The notes: generated by a model from the letters alone, not told the origin. 64,000 nucleotides of DNA from Pseudomonadales bacterium (GCA_022072145.1 JAJVIG010000002.1:71517-135516); one strand, 5' to 3'; shown: positions 40,563 through 52,129, counted from the stretch's first letter. Translations and numbers: made by a program.

Positions 40563-42941
40563 TCAGAAGTTCCAGTTGAAGTCCACGCCGTACATGCGCG
40601 GGATCAGCCGCCAGCCGGCGGCCGAACCCACCGCGAGCCCGCTGCCGTAGGCGGTGATGACTTCCTCGTCGGTGAGGTTCAGCGCCCACAGCGCCACTTC
40701 CCAGTCGCCGCCGGCGTGCAGGAAGCTCAGCCGCGCGTTGGTTTCGCCGTAATCCTTCACCGGTCCGCGCGTGGGATCGACGCGCTCGTCCTGCCACGTG
40801 TAGTCGATGCGCGCGCTGAGGTCCCCGGCGCCCTCGATCGGGTGCGTGTACTGCGCGCTGAGGTTGTACTTGTGCTCGGGTGATTCGGCGCGCGGCTCGC
40901 CGGTCAGGTCGTCGGCCGCGGTCTCGCCGGCGGCCGGGATGATGTTGTACTTGGTGAATTCGGTTTCGAGGTATGCGTAGTTCGCCGCGAACAGCAGTCG
41001 ATCGGTGGCCGCCCACGCGAGCTCGGCCTCGAAACCCTTGCCCTCGGCGTCGGCGTTGCGCAGGTTGTAGCTCGGGATCGGCTGGCCGATCAGTTCCAGC
41101 GTCTGCAGATTCTCGTACTCGTAGAAGAACGCCGCGCCGGTGTAGCGCAGGCGGTCGTCGAGCGCGCTGCCCTTGAGGCCGATCTCGTAGTTGACGACTT
41201 CCTCGGCGTCGTACGAGGTCTCGATGCCGGGGCCGAAGTTCAGGCTGTTGAAGCCGCCGGACTTGAAGCCGGTGGAAATGCTCGCGTAGGCCATCAGGCC
41301 GTCGAAGAAGCTGTGGTCGAGCACGATGCGCCCGGAGACCGAGCCCCAGTCGTCGCTCTCGGACGAGTCGAGCAGCGGTTGCCCGTTGTTGTAGAACGCG
41401 ATCCCGAACGGCACGCCGGGCAGCAGTTCGCTCTGGTAGCGCGTTTGCAGGTCGAAGGACTTGTCGTCCTGCGTGTAACGTACCCCGACCGTGAGGTTGG
41501 TCGCGTCGGTGAGGGCGTAGGTCGTGTCGCCGTAGAGCGCCCAGCTGCGGTAGTCGCCCTCGCTGTGGACGGTCTCGGTCCACGGTGCCGCGTAGCCGGC
41601 GCGGATGCGCGGCTGCAGCGCATCGAGCAGCGTGAACAGCGGGTACGCACCGCCGGTGAGGTTGAACAGGAAGAACGAGACCGCGATGCCGTCGCAGTCA
41701 CGCCCCGCGCACATCGGCAGCAGCGCGTTCAGCAGCGGGTTGGTGCCGGCGCGCGCCGCGACGCGAAAGCCCGGGATCAGCTCGGGGTCGATCGGAAATT
41801 CCTTCAGCGCGAAGCTCTCGAAGGTCGTCATCAGGAACTGCGCGTCGGTGACGTGCTCGATGTCCTCCTGCGTGTACACCGCGCCCAGCGTCCACTTCCA
41901 GCGATCGCTGGCGCCGGTCAGGCGCAGCTCCTGCGAGAAGAACGTGCTTTCCTCCGGGTTTGCCGAGGCGAAATAGAACTCGGGGTTGTTCGACGCGTCG
42001 AGGTCCTCGAGCAGCTGGGTCTCGAAGTCCCGCCAGCCGGTGATCGAGGTCAGCGTCATGCTGTCGAATTCGTGGTTCACCTCGAGGCTGAACGACAGGC
42101 TCTCGCGCGACTCGCGCTGGTCGGGCGCGTCGTAGGCGCCCTTGCCGAAGGGGTCGTGGCGCAGCCCCGGATTCGCCGCCTCCCACGAGGCCACGTTCAG
42201 CGTGTGCAGCACGCCGGATTCCTGATCCATGTCCTCCCAGGCCACCCGCAACACCGCATCGGTGGCCTCGCTGGGCGCCCACAGCAGCGAGACGCGCGCG
42301 TTGAGCGTGTCGATCTCGTTCAGCGCCGGACCCGCGACCTGGTCGAGGTAGCCGTCGCGGTTGCGCATGCTGGCGGTCGCGCGCAGCGCCAGCGTGTCGG
42401 ACAGCGCCGTGTTGTAGACCATCTCCGCCTCGCGACGGTCGTAGTTGCCGGCGACGAGCTTGATGCGGCCGCTGGCCTCGAACGCGGGCCGCGTGGTGAC
42501 GATATGGATCGCGCCGCCGGTGGCGTTGCGGCCGAACAGCGTGCCCTGCGGCCCCTTCAGCACCTCGATGCGTTCGACGTCGACGAACGCGGCCTCGGCG
42601 CCGGCGCCGCGCGCTGCGTAGACGCCGTCGACGTACACCGCCACCGCGGGGTCGGAACCGATCGTCCAGTCGCTGGTCTCGACGCCGCGGATGCCGTAGG
42701 TGGGCTGCAGCGCCTTGTCGTTGTTCATGTCCACACCGGCCGTGAAGCGCCCGATGTCGGTGAGGTTGCGCGAGCCGAGTTGCTCGAGCGCGTCGCCCGA
42801 GTACGCGCTGATCGCGATCGGCACGTCCATCACGTTCTCCGCGCGCTTCTGCGCGGTCACGATGATCTCCTCGATCACCTGGGCGTTCAGCGGTTGGGCG
42901 ACGGCGAGCGCGATGGCGATGGCGGTGGGGCGCAAGCGCAT
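40563..42941 (-). CDS. TonB-dependent receptor
   Basis: It has a signal peptide (MRLRPTAIAIALAVAQPLNAQ), the TonB box/plug EEIIVTAQKRAENVMDVP and IEVLKGPQGTLFGRNATGG. The barrel ends with the C-terminal YGVDFNWNF. The track ORF extension to 43634 is an artefact. Confidence 0.9.
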   Translation of the reverse strand: MRLRPTAIAIALAVAQPLNAQVIEEIIVTAQKRAENVMDVPIAISAYSGDALEQLGSRNLTDIGRFTAGVDMNNDKALQPTYGIRGVETSDWTIGSDPAVAVYVDGVYAARGAGAEAAFVDVERIEVLKGPQGTLFGRNATGGAIHIVTTRPAFEASGRIKLVAGNYDRREAEMVYNTALSDTLALRATASMRNRDGYLDQVAGPALNEIDTLNARVSLLWAPSEATDAVLRVAWEDMDQESGVLHTLNVASWEAANPGLRHDPFGKGAYDAPDQRESRESLSFSLEVNHEFDSMTLTSITGWRDFETQLLEDLDASNNPEFYFASANPEESTFFSQELRLTGASDRWKWTLGAVYTQEDIEHVTDAQFLMTTFESFALKEFPIDPELIPGFRVAARAGTNPLLNALLPMCAGRDCDGIAVSFFLFNLTGGAYPLFTLLDALQPRIRAGYAAPWTETVHSEGDYRSWALYGDTTYALTDATNLTVGVRYTQDDKSFDLQTRYQSELLPGVPFGIAFYNNGQPLLDSSESDDWGSVSGRIVLDHSFFDGLMAYASISTGFKSGGFNSLNFGPGIETSYDAEEVVNYEIGLKGSALDDRLRYTGAAFFYEYENLQTLELIGQPIPSYNLRNADAEGKGFEAELAWAATDRLLFAANYAYLETEFTKYNIIPAAGETAADDLTGEPRAESPEHKYNLSAQYTHPIEGAGDLSARIDYTWQDERVDPTRGPVKDYGETNARLSFLHAGGDWEVALWALNLTDEEVITAYGSGLAVGSAAGWRLIPRMYGVDFNWNF

Positions 42942-43014
42942 GGGGTGGTGCTCCTGGTTGTTCTGGTTGTTGTGCGGTGCACCGCTCTGCACGACTGCCG
43001 GCCGGTGCCCGCCG

Positions 43015-43032
43015 ACGCCTAATCTTAGGCGT
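43015..43032. promoter_or_regulatory. perfect palindrome upstream of the TonB receptor (candidate operator)
   Basis: ACGCCTAA-TC-TTAGGCGT lies 74-91 nt upstream of the receptor start codon. Confidence 0.3.
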
Positions 43033-43080
43033 TGCCCGGCATCGGCGCCATGCGGTGCCGGTGTTGCACCGTTGCGACAC

Positions 43081-43130
43081 GTAGATCCGGGCTGTGCCCG
43101 GACGTTTGTTGGGCCACAGGCCGAACCTAC
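43081..43130. repeat. REP cluster G (one degenerate unit)
   Basis: The sequence is GTAGATCCGGGCTGTGCCCGGAC GTTTGTTGGGCCACAGGCCGAACCTAC. Confidence 0.85.
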
Positions 43131-43927
43131 GCGCCTACCTGGCAGCTCATGCCGCCGTCGACCAGCAGTTCGATGCCGTTGACGAACTTCGCCTCGTCGC
43201 TGGCGAGGTAGAGCGCCGCCCAGGCGACGTCGTGCGCATCGCCCATGCGTCCGCCGGGGCAGAGGCGGTGGCGCTGCTCGAGCACCTGCTCGTACGTGTC
43301 GCCGTACTGGCGGCGGATCGGTTCGACGACCATCGGCGTCTCCAGCATGCCGGGGACCACGGTGTTGGCGCGGATGTTCTGCCGTGCGTACTGCATCGCG
43401 ATCTGGCGCGTCAGCTGGTGCAGCGCGGCCTTGGAGCTCGCGTAGGCGGCGAGCGGGTGCCCGGTCCAGCGCAGCGCGACCAGCGACGAGATGTTCACGA
43501 TCGTGCCGCCGCCGTTGGCCAGCATCACCGGCAGGCACTGCCTGCAGGTGTGGTAGGCGCTCTTGAGATTGGTCGCGAAGACGCGGTCCCAGTCCTCTTC
43601 GGACTGTTCGACCACGCCGCCGTAGCCGCCGCAACCGACGTTGTTGACCAGGATGTCGATGCGTCCGAACGTCGCGAGGCAGGCCTGCACGGCACGCTCG
43701 ACGTCGACGCCGCTGGTCACGTCGCCGACGAACAGCTCGCCTCTGCCGCCGTCGCGTTCGATCAAGGCGAGTGTTTCGGCGGCTGATTCGCGGCCGCGGT
43801 TCATGCCGAACACGCGGGCGCCTTCGCGCGCGAACGTCGCGGCGATGGCCTTGCCGGTTCCCCAGCCGGGACCGGCAGTTCCGATCCCGGTGACGAACGC
43901 AACCTTGCCGTGCAGTCTGGCGCTCAT
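43127..43927 (-). CDS. SDR-family oxidoreductase
   Basis: It has KVAFVTGIGTAGPGWG, NNVG and the catalytic YASSK. The stop TAG lies in a REP GTAG. Confidence 0.85.
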   Translation of the reverse strand: MSARLHGKVAFVTGIGTAGPGWGTGKAIAATFAREGARVFGMNRGRESAAETLALIERDGGRGELFVGDVTSGVDVERAVQACLATFGRIDILVNNVGCGGYGGVVEQSEEDWDRVFATNLKSAYHTCRQCLPVMLANGGGTIVNISSLVALRWTGHPLAAYASSKAALHQLTRQIAMQYARQNIRANTVVPGMLETPMVVEPIRRQYGDTYEQVLEQRHRLCPGGRMGDAHDVAWAALYLASDEAKFVNGIELLVDGGMSCQVGA

Positions 43928-43940
43928 GGCGTCGATTGCC

Positions 43941-44705
43941 TCAGAGGAGCAGGTAGCCGCCGTCGGTGACCAGCGCCGAGCCGGTGGTGTAGCTCGACAT
44001 GTCGCTGGCCAGATAGATCACCGAACCGATGATCTCGTCGGTCTCGGCGATGCGCTTCTGCACCGTCTTGGCGATCGAACCTTCGATGAATCCCGGCAGC
44101 ACTTTGGCCGAGTTGTCGAACATGTCCGAATGGAAACTCCCCGGGGCAAGTGCGTTGACGCGAATGCCGAGCGGCGCCCACTCGGCCGCCATCACCCTGG
44201 TGAGTGCGTTGAGCGCGGCCTTGGTGGCGGCGTAGAAGCCCTGATAGGCCGGCGGCTTGAATGCGGCCACCGAGATCACGTTGATGATCGAACCGCCGCC
44301 GTGCTTCGCCATGCGTGGCGCGGCACGTGACGCCAGGTACCACGGTCCCTTGGTGTTGACTTCGAAGACCTTCTGGAACAGCTCCGGTGTCAGGTCCGAC
44401 AGGCCGGCCGTGACCGGGTTGGTGGCCGCATTGTTGACCAGCACGTCGAGGCGGCCGAACTCGGCGTAGGTGCTGTCGATCAGCGCGTCGAGGCTCTCGA
44501 GGTTGCCGGCGTGCGCGGCAACTGCCAGCGCGCGGCGTCCGAGGGCGCGCACTTCGGTTGCCACCTCCTCGCAGGTGTCGAGCTTGCGGCTCGCGATGAC
44601 CACGTCGGCGCCGGCGCGCGCGAGGCCGAGCACCATTGCGCGGCCCAAGCCGCGGCTGCCGCCGGTGACCACCGCCACCTTGCCCCTGAGATCGACCTGG
44701 AACAT
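43941..44705 (-). CDS. SDR-family oxidoreductase
   Basis: It has KVAVVTGGSRGLG, NNAA and the catalytic YAATK. ATG 44705 is preceded by AGGAGG, and the ORF is open to 44744. Confidence 0.85.
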   Translation of the reverse strand: MFQVDLRGKVAVVTGGSRGLGRAMVLGLARAGADVVIASRKLDTCEEVATEVRALGRRALAVAAHAGNLESLDALIDSTYAEFGRLDVLVNNAATNPVTAGLSDLTPELFQKVFEVNTKGPWYLASRAAPRMAKHGGGSIINVISVAAFKPPAYQGFYAATKAALNALTRVMAAEWAPLGIRVNALAPGSFHSDMFDNSAKVLPGFIEGSIAKTVQKRIAETDEIIGSVIYLASDMSSYTTGSALVTDGGYLLL

Positions 44706-44777
44706 GGAATCCCTCCTTTGCCGTAAGTAAATTCGCGTGATCATACCTTGCTGGCGTGCCGAGCGCGATGCGGTTAG

Positions 44778-46196
<1,419 letters not shown>

Positions 46197-46216
46197 CGGT
46201 CCGCGACAGGAGGCGA

Positions 46217-46990
46217 ATGGCGATGGGACGGCTCGACGGCAAAGTGGCGTTGATCACCGGGGCTGCGCGCGGCATGGGCGCGGCCGAGGCGAGGCTGTTC
46301 GTGCGCGAGGGCGCGCGTGTGCTGATCGCCGACGTGCTCGAGGAGGAAGGCCGCGCGCTCGCCGCCGAACTGGGCGATGCGGCGCGGTTCCAGCGCCTGG
46401 ACGTGAGCCAGGAGGCACAGTGGGCCGAGGCGGTCGCCGCCGCGGAGAAGCTCGGCCCGCTCGGCGTGCTGGTCAACAACGCCGCCGTGCTGCGCGCTGC
46501 CTCGCTCGAGGAAATGACGCTCGATCACTACATGGGCGTGATCGCGATCAACCAGGTCGGCACCTTCCTCGGCATGCGCGCGGTGGTCGCGCCGATGAAG
46601 CGCGCCGGCAAGGGATCGATCGTGAACATCTCCTCGGTCGACGGCTTCCAGTCCAAGAACGGACTCATCGCCTACAGCGCCTCGAAGTGGGCCGTGCGCG
46701 GTATGACCAAGGCCGCCGCGATCGAACTCGGCAAGCACGACATCCGCGTCAACTCGGTGCACCCGGGCGGTATCGACACCGTGATGGGCAACCCCAGCGG
46801 CGCGGCGCGCGAATACGTCGACCCGTTCTACCGCAACCAGGCGCTGCCGCGCGTGGGTCTGCCGGAGGAAGTCGCGGCGATGGTGTTGTTCCTCGCCTCC
46901 GACGAGGCGAGCTACTGCAGCGGCTCGGAGTATCTGGTCGACGGCGGCTGGCACGCCGGAACGCGCACCGAGAGCCTGCCGGGAGCCTGA
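46217..46990 (+). CDS. SDR-family oxidoreductase (3-alpha/20-beta-hydroxysteroid dehydrogenase-like)
   Basis: It has KVALITGAARGMG, NNAA, the catalytic YSASK and the motif PGGIDT. Confidence 0.85.
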   Translation: MAMGRLDGKVALITGAARGMGAAEARLFVREGARVLIADVLEEEGRALAAELGDAARFQRLDVSQEAQWAEAVAAAEKLGPLGVLVNNAAVLRAASLEEMTLDHYMGVIAINQVGTFLGMRAVVAPMKRAGKGSIVNISSVDGFQSKNGLIAYSASKWAVRGMTKAAAIELGKHDIRVNSVHPGGIDTVMGNPSGAAREYVDPFYRNQALPRVGLPEEVAAMVLFLASDEASYCSGSEYLVDGGWHAGTRTESLPGA

Positions 46991-47128
46991 GCCGCCGGCG
47001 TCCCCGAACGGCCCCATCCACGCGCAACGCCGCACGCTTCCGCTGGCCGTTGAGTTGAGCACTTGATGAAATAATCGCTTGTCGATAGGATCGCCTCACA
47101 CGGGCAGTGAGTGCGATGGAGGACGGCG

Positions 47129-49477
47129 ATGACTACGGTGCGAACATGGAATCGGGGCGGCCGGAAAGCGTGGCGTCTGGCGGGTGCCCTGCTGGCATCC
47201 TGGCTGGCGGCGGCCGCGGCGGCCGCGGACACCGTACTGCCGCGGCCCGCGCAGCCGTTCGCGGGCAGCATCGGCACCAGCTACGCGGACTCGACGCCGG
47301 CCTTCCCGGCACCGGTCACGGCACCGGCCGGGGCGCCGAACGTGTTGCTGGTGCTCACCGACGATGTCGGATTCGGCGCGGCCAGCACCTTCGGCGGCCC
47401 GATTCCCACGCCGCGGCTCGATGCGCTGGCCAACGAAGGGCTGCGCTACAACCGCTTCCACACCACCGCGATGTGCTCGCCGACGCGCGCCGCGCTGCTC
47501 ACCGGACGCAACCACCATGCGGTCGGCAACGGCATCGTGGCGAACCTGTCGACGGGTTTTCCGGGCTACCACAACGTGATGCCGAAGAGCGCCGCGACGA
47601 TCGCCGAGATCCTGCGCCAGAACGGCTACAACACCGCGATGTTCGGCAAGCACCACAACGCGCCGGAGTCGCATGTGTCGGCGGCCGGCCCCTTCGATCT
47701 GTGGCCGACCGGACTCGGGTTCGAGCACTTCTACGGTTTCATGGCGGCCGAGACCAACCAGTTCACGCCGGCGCTCTACCGTGGCACGACGCCGATCCCG
47801 ACGCTGCAGGACGGCGTGCTCGACAAGGCGCTGGCCGACGAGGCGATCGACTGGCTGCACCAGCAGCAGGCGGCGGCACCGGGCAAGCCGTTTTTCATGT
47901 ACTACGCCACCGGCACCGCGCACGCGCCGCTGCAGGCGCCCGCCGACTGGATCGCGAAGTTCCGCGGCCGTTTCGACACCGGCTACGACCGCATGCGTGC
48001 CGACACCATCGCGCGCCAGAAGGAACTCGGCGTCATTCCGCCTGACACCGTCGGCACGCCGCGCCCCGCGCAGATCCCCGCGTGGGACGATCTCACGCCG
48101 GAACAGCGACGCATCAACGCGCGCTTCATGGAGGTCTACGCGGCGATGCTGGCCTACCAGGATGCGCAGTTCGGGCGGCTGATCGACGAACTCGAGCGCA
48201 TGGGCCTGCGCGAGAACACGCTGGTGATCTTCATCGAGGGCGACAACGGGGCCGCGGCCGAGGGCGGTCGGCACGGCAGCATGAACCCGATGTCGAACTT
48301 CGCCAACGGTACCCGGGAAACCGAGCGGCACCTGCTGGAGAACCTCGAACGCATCGGAGGCCCCGATGCCACGCCGAACTGGGGCTACGGCTGGACCTGG
48401 GCGACCAATGCGCCGTTCAGCATGGCCAAGCAGTTCGCCTCGCACCTCGGAGGCACGCGCAACGGCATGGTCGTGTCGTGGCCGAAGCGCATCGCCGCCC
48501 GTGGCCTGCGCACGCAGTTCTCGCACCTGACCGATATCGTGCCGACGCTCCTCGAGGTGGCAGGGATCCCCGCGCCTGCCAGCGTCAACGGCGTCGTGCA
48601 GCAGCCGATCGACGGCGTCAGCCTCGCGTACACCTTCGATGCGCCCGAGGCGCCCGAACGGCATCGCACGCAGTACTTCGAGATGATGGGCAATCGCGCC
48701 ATCTACCACGATGGCTGGATGGCGAGCACCACGCCGCCCTCGGCGCCGTGGAGCGAGACGCGCACGCAGGTGCTGCCACAGCACTATGCCTGGGAACTCT
48801 ATGACCTGCGCAACGACTTCGCGCAGGCACGTGACCTGGCCTCGGCCCGGCCCGATCAGCTCGCCGCGTTGCAACAGCTGTTCATGGATGAGGCCCGCCG
48901 CAACCAGGTGCTGCCGCTGGACAATCGCATGAGCATGGAGCGCTTCCTGGCCGCGGCGAGCCAGCATCGACGCGCCGACAGCTACACGTACTGGGGCGCT
49001 GGCGTGAGCGTGCCGTCCGTCAGTGCGGTGCCGATCCTGAACCGCTCGTTCACCATCCGCGCCGAACTGGAAACCTCCGCGCGCGCCGAGGGCGTGATCG
49101 CCGCGCTGGGGAGCCGGTTTGGCGGCTGGAGCTTCTTCGTTCGCGACGGCGTGCCGGTGGCGCTGATGGTCGCATCGCAACTCGGGGGTGATCGGTCACG
49201 CGTGGCCGCCAACGCGCCTTTGCCCGCCGGCAAGACGGTGCTGGAGTACCGCTTCGTCTCCGACGGCGGCATCAATGCCGGCGGCGAGATGCAGATCCGG
49301 GTCGACGGTCGCGAGATCGGTCGCGGGCGCATCGCGCGCACGATATCCAAACTGCCGGAGATGACCGACACCTTCGACATCGGCTTCGACGCCGATACGC
49401 CGGTCAGCGACGAGTACGCCGATGGCGGGCATTTCAACGGCGCGCTGCGGCGCGTCGATGTGGAGCTCGCGCGCTGA
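47129..49477 (+). CDS. arylsulfatase (Cys-type formylglycine sulfatase), exported
   Basis: It has a signal peptide, the metal site LLVLTDDVGFG and the sulfatase signature MCSPTRAALLTGRNHH. GGAGGA lies 5 nt upstream of ATG 47129. Confidence 0.9.
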   Translation: MTTVRTWNRGGRKAWRLAGALLASWLAAAAAAADTVLPRPAQPFAGSIGTSYADSTPAFPAPVTAPAGAPNVLLVLTDDVGFGAASTFGGPIPTPRLDALANEGLRYNRFHTTAMCSPTRAALLTGRNHHAVGNGIVANLSTGFPGYHNVMPKSAATIAEILRQNGYNTAMFGKHHNAPESHVSAAGPFDLWPTGLGFEHFYGFMAAETNQFTPALYRGTTPIPTLQDGVLDKALADEAIDWLHQQQAAAPGKPFFMYYATGTAHAPLQAPADWIAKFRGRFDTGYDRMRADTIARQKELGVIPPDTVGTPRPAQIPAWDDLTPEQRRINARFMEVYAAMLAYQDAQFGRLIDELERMGLRENTLVIFIEGDNGAAAEGGRHGSMNPMSNFANGTRETERHLLENLERIGGPDATPNWGYGWTWATNAPFSMAKQFASHLGGTRNGMVVSWPKRIAARGLRTQFSHLTDIVPTLLEVAGIPAPASVNGVVQQPIDGVSLAYTFDAPEAPERHRTQYFEMMGNRAIYHDGWMASTTPPSAPWSETRTQVLPQHYAWELYDLRNDFAQARDLASARPDQLAALQQLFMDEARRNQVLPLDNRMSMERFLAAASQHRRADSYTYWGAGVSVPSVSAVPILNRSFTIRAELETSARAEGVIAALGSRFGGWSFFVRDGVPVALMVASQLGGDRSRVAANAPLPAGKTVLEYRFVSDGGINAGGEMQIRVDGREIGRGRIARTISKLPEMTDTFDIGFDADTPVSDEYADGGHFNGALRRVDVELAR

Positions 49478-49508
49478 GCGTGCGCGATGGATCGGGGAGG
49501 GAATCGCC

Positions 49509-51416
49509 ATGTCGTGGATGAAATTCCGTATCGAAGCCGTGCTGGGAGCGGTGCTCTGGACCGGGGTCACGCTGCTGCCATCGGTAGCCACCGTGCACGC
49601 GGGAACCGACGAAGCCGCCGTGGCTGCTGCCATGCAGGCCGCGGAAGCGGGCGAGCCGGCACCTGCGCCGCGCCGCGCGCTGTTCGGCGAGCTGCACCTG
49701 CACACCTCGTGGTCCTTCGACGCGTTCGGTTTCAGCCCGTCGCGCATCGATCCAGATGCCGCGTACCGCTTCGCGCGCGGCGAGGCCGTCGATTATCTCG
49801 GCAAGCCGGCGCGCCGCCATGCGCCGCTCGACTTCATGGCGGTGACCGACCACGCCGAGTACATGGGCTTCCTGAACACCATAGAGGACCCGCAGACCGA
49901 ACTGTCGCGCTCGGATTTCGCGCGCGAGTACCGCCGGCTCAAGGAAACGCTGGAACCGGGCGTGCTGACGCGCCAGACACTGAAGAAGCTGGCCGATCCG
50001 GTGGAGATGCGGGCGCTGGGCGCCGAGGCCGCGATGCAGTCCTCGTGGCGCCGGACGATCGAGGCCGCGAATTCCAACTACCGCCCGGGCGAATTCACGA
50101 CCTTCATCGGTTACGAGTGGACCGCGCACCCGGACGATCGCTACAACCTGCATCGCAACGTGATCTTCGCCGGCGATGCGGCACCGCAACCGTTCACGGC
50201 CACCGACTCGCGGCGCCCCGAGGACCTCTGGCGTTACCTCGAGGACGCGCGTGCGCGCGGCTTCGCGGTGCTCGCGATACCGCACAACGGCAATGCCAGC
50301 GAAGGCCGGATGTTCGACTGGAACGACTCCGACGGCCGCCCCATCGACGCGGCCTACGCGCGACGCCGCGCGTTGAACGAGCCGCTGGTGGAGATCTACC
50401 AGGGCAAGGGTCAGTCGGAGACGCATCCGATGCTGTCGCCGAACGACGAATTCGCGGGCTTCGAGATCCTGGACCGTCTGGTCCCGCGGCTGGACCTGCC
50501 CGGCAAGCCGCCCGGAAGTTACGCGCGCGAAGCGCTCGGGCGGGGACTGCTGATCGAGCAGCGCACTGGCGAGAACCCGTTCCGTTTCGGCATCGTAGCG
50601 GCGACGGATTTCCACAACGGGCTGGCCACCAGCGCCGAAAATGCGTTCGTGCTGGCCGACGGTTTCGATCCGCGCGGCGCGCAGCCGGGGCCCGAGGAGG
50701 CGAGCCGCTACCTCGCCGAACCCAACCCCACGGTCCCCGATCCCAAACTCATGGGGTCGGGCGGATTGACCGGCGTCTGGGCCGAGGCGAACACGCGTGA
50801 ATCGATCTTCGCCGCACTGCAGCGCCGCGAAACGTTCGGCACGTCGGGAACCCGGATCCAGCTGCGGCTGTTCGCCGGCTGGAACTATGTGCCGGGACTG
50901 CTCGAGGACCACCAGTGGCTCGAGCGTGCCTACGCCGGCGGCGTGCCGATGGGCTCGGAACTGCCGGCCGCGGCGGGGGGGAGCGCACCGGTGTTCCTGG
51001 TATGGGCGCTGAAGGCACCCGACGGCGCGAATCTGGATCGCGCGCAGATCGTGAAGGTCTGGCTGGACGGAGAGACCCCGCGCGAGCAGATCTTCGACGT
51101 GGCGCTGTCCGATGGCCGCGTCGTGGATCCGCGCACGGGCAAGGCGCCGCCGCTACCGTCGACGGTGGATCTCGAGGCGGGCACCTGGGCCGACACGGTG
51201 GGCGCGGCCGGGTTCACGGCGTACTGGCGCGACCCCGGCTTCGACCCGGCGCAGTCGGCGGTCTATTACCTGCGCGTGCTCGAGATCGAGACGCCACGCT
51301 GGACCACGCTGCTCGCCGCACGCCATGGACTGCCGCGACCGCAGGGCACGCCGGCGACGATCCAGGAACGTGCGTGGTCGTCGCCGATCTGGTATCGGGC
51401 CGCGCCAGGACGCTGA
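49509..51416 (+). CDS. DUF3604-domain protein (PHP-like metal-dependent hydrolase fold), exported
   Basis: It has a signal peptide, the N-terminal motif GELHLHTSWSFDAF, then DHAEY and AIPHNGN. I recognise the family from memory and have not searched for it. Confidence 0.7.
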   Translation: MSWMKFRIEAVLGAVLWTGVTLLPSVATVHAGTDEAAVAAAMQAAEAGEPAPAPRRALFGELHLHTSWSFDAFGFSPSRIDPDAAYRFARGEAVDYLGKPARRHAPLDFMAVTDHAEYMGFLNTIEDPQTELSRSDFAREYRRLKETLEPGVLTRQTLKKLADPVEMRALGAEAAMQSSWRRTIEAANSNYRPGEFTTFIGYEWTAHPDDRYNLHRNVIFAGDAAPQPFTATDSRRPEDLWRYLEDARARGFAVLAIPHNGNASEGRMFDWNDSDGRPIDAAYARRRALNEPLVEIYQGKGQSETHPMLSPNDEFAGFEILDRLVPRLDLPGKPPGSYAREALGRGLLIEQRTGENPFRFGIVAATDFHNGLATSAENAFVLADGFDPRGAQPGPEEASRYLAEPNPTVPDPKLMGSGGLTGVWAEANTRESIFAALQRRETFGTSGTRIQLRLFAGWNYVPGLLEDHQWLERAYAGGVPMGSELPAAAGGSAPVFLVWALKAPDGANLDRAQIVKVWLDGETPREQIFDVALSDGRVVDPRTGKAPPLPSTVDLEAGTWADTVGAAGFTAYWRDPGFDPAQSAVYYLRVLEIETPRWTTLLAARHGLPRPQGTPATIQERAWSSPIWYRAAPGR

Positions 51417-51422
51417 CCCGCG

Positions 51423-52097
51423 TCAACGGTCGGCGACAGCCGTCACGAGTACGCCGCGGAACCCGGCGCATACGAAATCCATCAATGCGTCGATCTGTTG
51501 CTGTGCCGACATCGGGTTCGCGGCGAGCCCGCTCTGCCAGCCGAGCGGGGGGCGTCCGATCCCGTTCAGCGTGGAATGGATCACGTTCATCGCCATTTCG
51601 ATCGTCCATTCGACACGGCCGCGGTCGCGGTCGCAGCCCGGGATGTACGTCTGCAGCAGTTCGACCAGTGCAATGTCGCGCATCTGCTCGCGGGTGACGC
51701 GGGCCCAGACCGGGTTCTGCTCCTGCGACAGCCGCGCCAGGCAGCGCAGGAAGCGGCGTCCGGCCGCCGCTTTGCCCAGCGACAGGCGCGCGAGCGGCAG
51801 GCAGAGGATCGCGGCTGCGTCGCGTTCGTCCGGCGCGCGGCCGGACGCCATCACGTCGTCGTAGATCTGTCGGCGCTCGGCGTTGACGGTGGGCAGGGTG
51901 CGCAGCAGGATCGCCTCGATCAGTGCCTCGCGTCCGCCGAAGTGGTAATGCAGCACGCCCTGGCTGATTCCCGCCGCACGATTGATGTCGCGCAGCGAGA
52001 CCGCGGCCACGCCGCGTTCGCCGAACAGCTTCTCGGCGGTGTCGAGGATGCGTTTGCGCGTTTGCGCCGATGGATTGGTGCGTTGACGGGGCGGCAA
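51423..52097 (-). CDS. TetR-family transcriptional regulator
   Basis: Its HTH reads RILDTAEKLFGERGVAAVSLRDINRAAGISQGVLHYHFGGREAL. The only plausible start is TTG 52097. The rest of track ORF 51423-53210 is out-of-frame arylsulfatase sequence. Confidence 0.8.
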   Translation of the reverse strand: MPPRQRTNPSAQTRKRILDTAEKLFGERGVAAVSLRDINRAAGISQGVLHYHFGGREALIEAILLRTLPTVNAERRQIYDDVMASGRAPDERDAAAILCLPLARLSLGKAAAGRRFLRCLARLSQEQNPVWARVTREQMRDIALVELLQTYIPGCDRDRGRVEWTIEMAMNVIHSTLNGIGRPPLGWQSGLAANPMSAQQQIDALMDFVCAGFRGVLVTAVADR

Positions 52098-52129
52098 GTG
52101 AGGGACCCCCTGATTGTGGCAGCGGAATT

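Noticed and set aside
42942-43080. A possible riboswitch (for example cobalamin) in the leader of the TonB-dependent receptor
   Set aside because: I could not find a B12-box-like core or any other conserved riboswitch motif by eye. Only a short palindrome and a CTGGTTGTT repeat are present. A covariance-model search (Rfam/Infernal) would be needed to exclude it.
40563-43634. N-terminal extensions of track ORFs: the TonB receptor to 43634, the kinase from 1279, the TetR to 53210, RecQ to 27520 and the RND pump from 35178
   Set aside because: The extensions cross neighbouring genes or REP repeats and lack homology-like sequence. Internal starts with an RBS and signal peptides or domain beginnings fit better.
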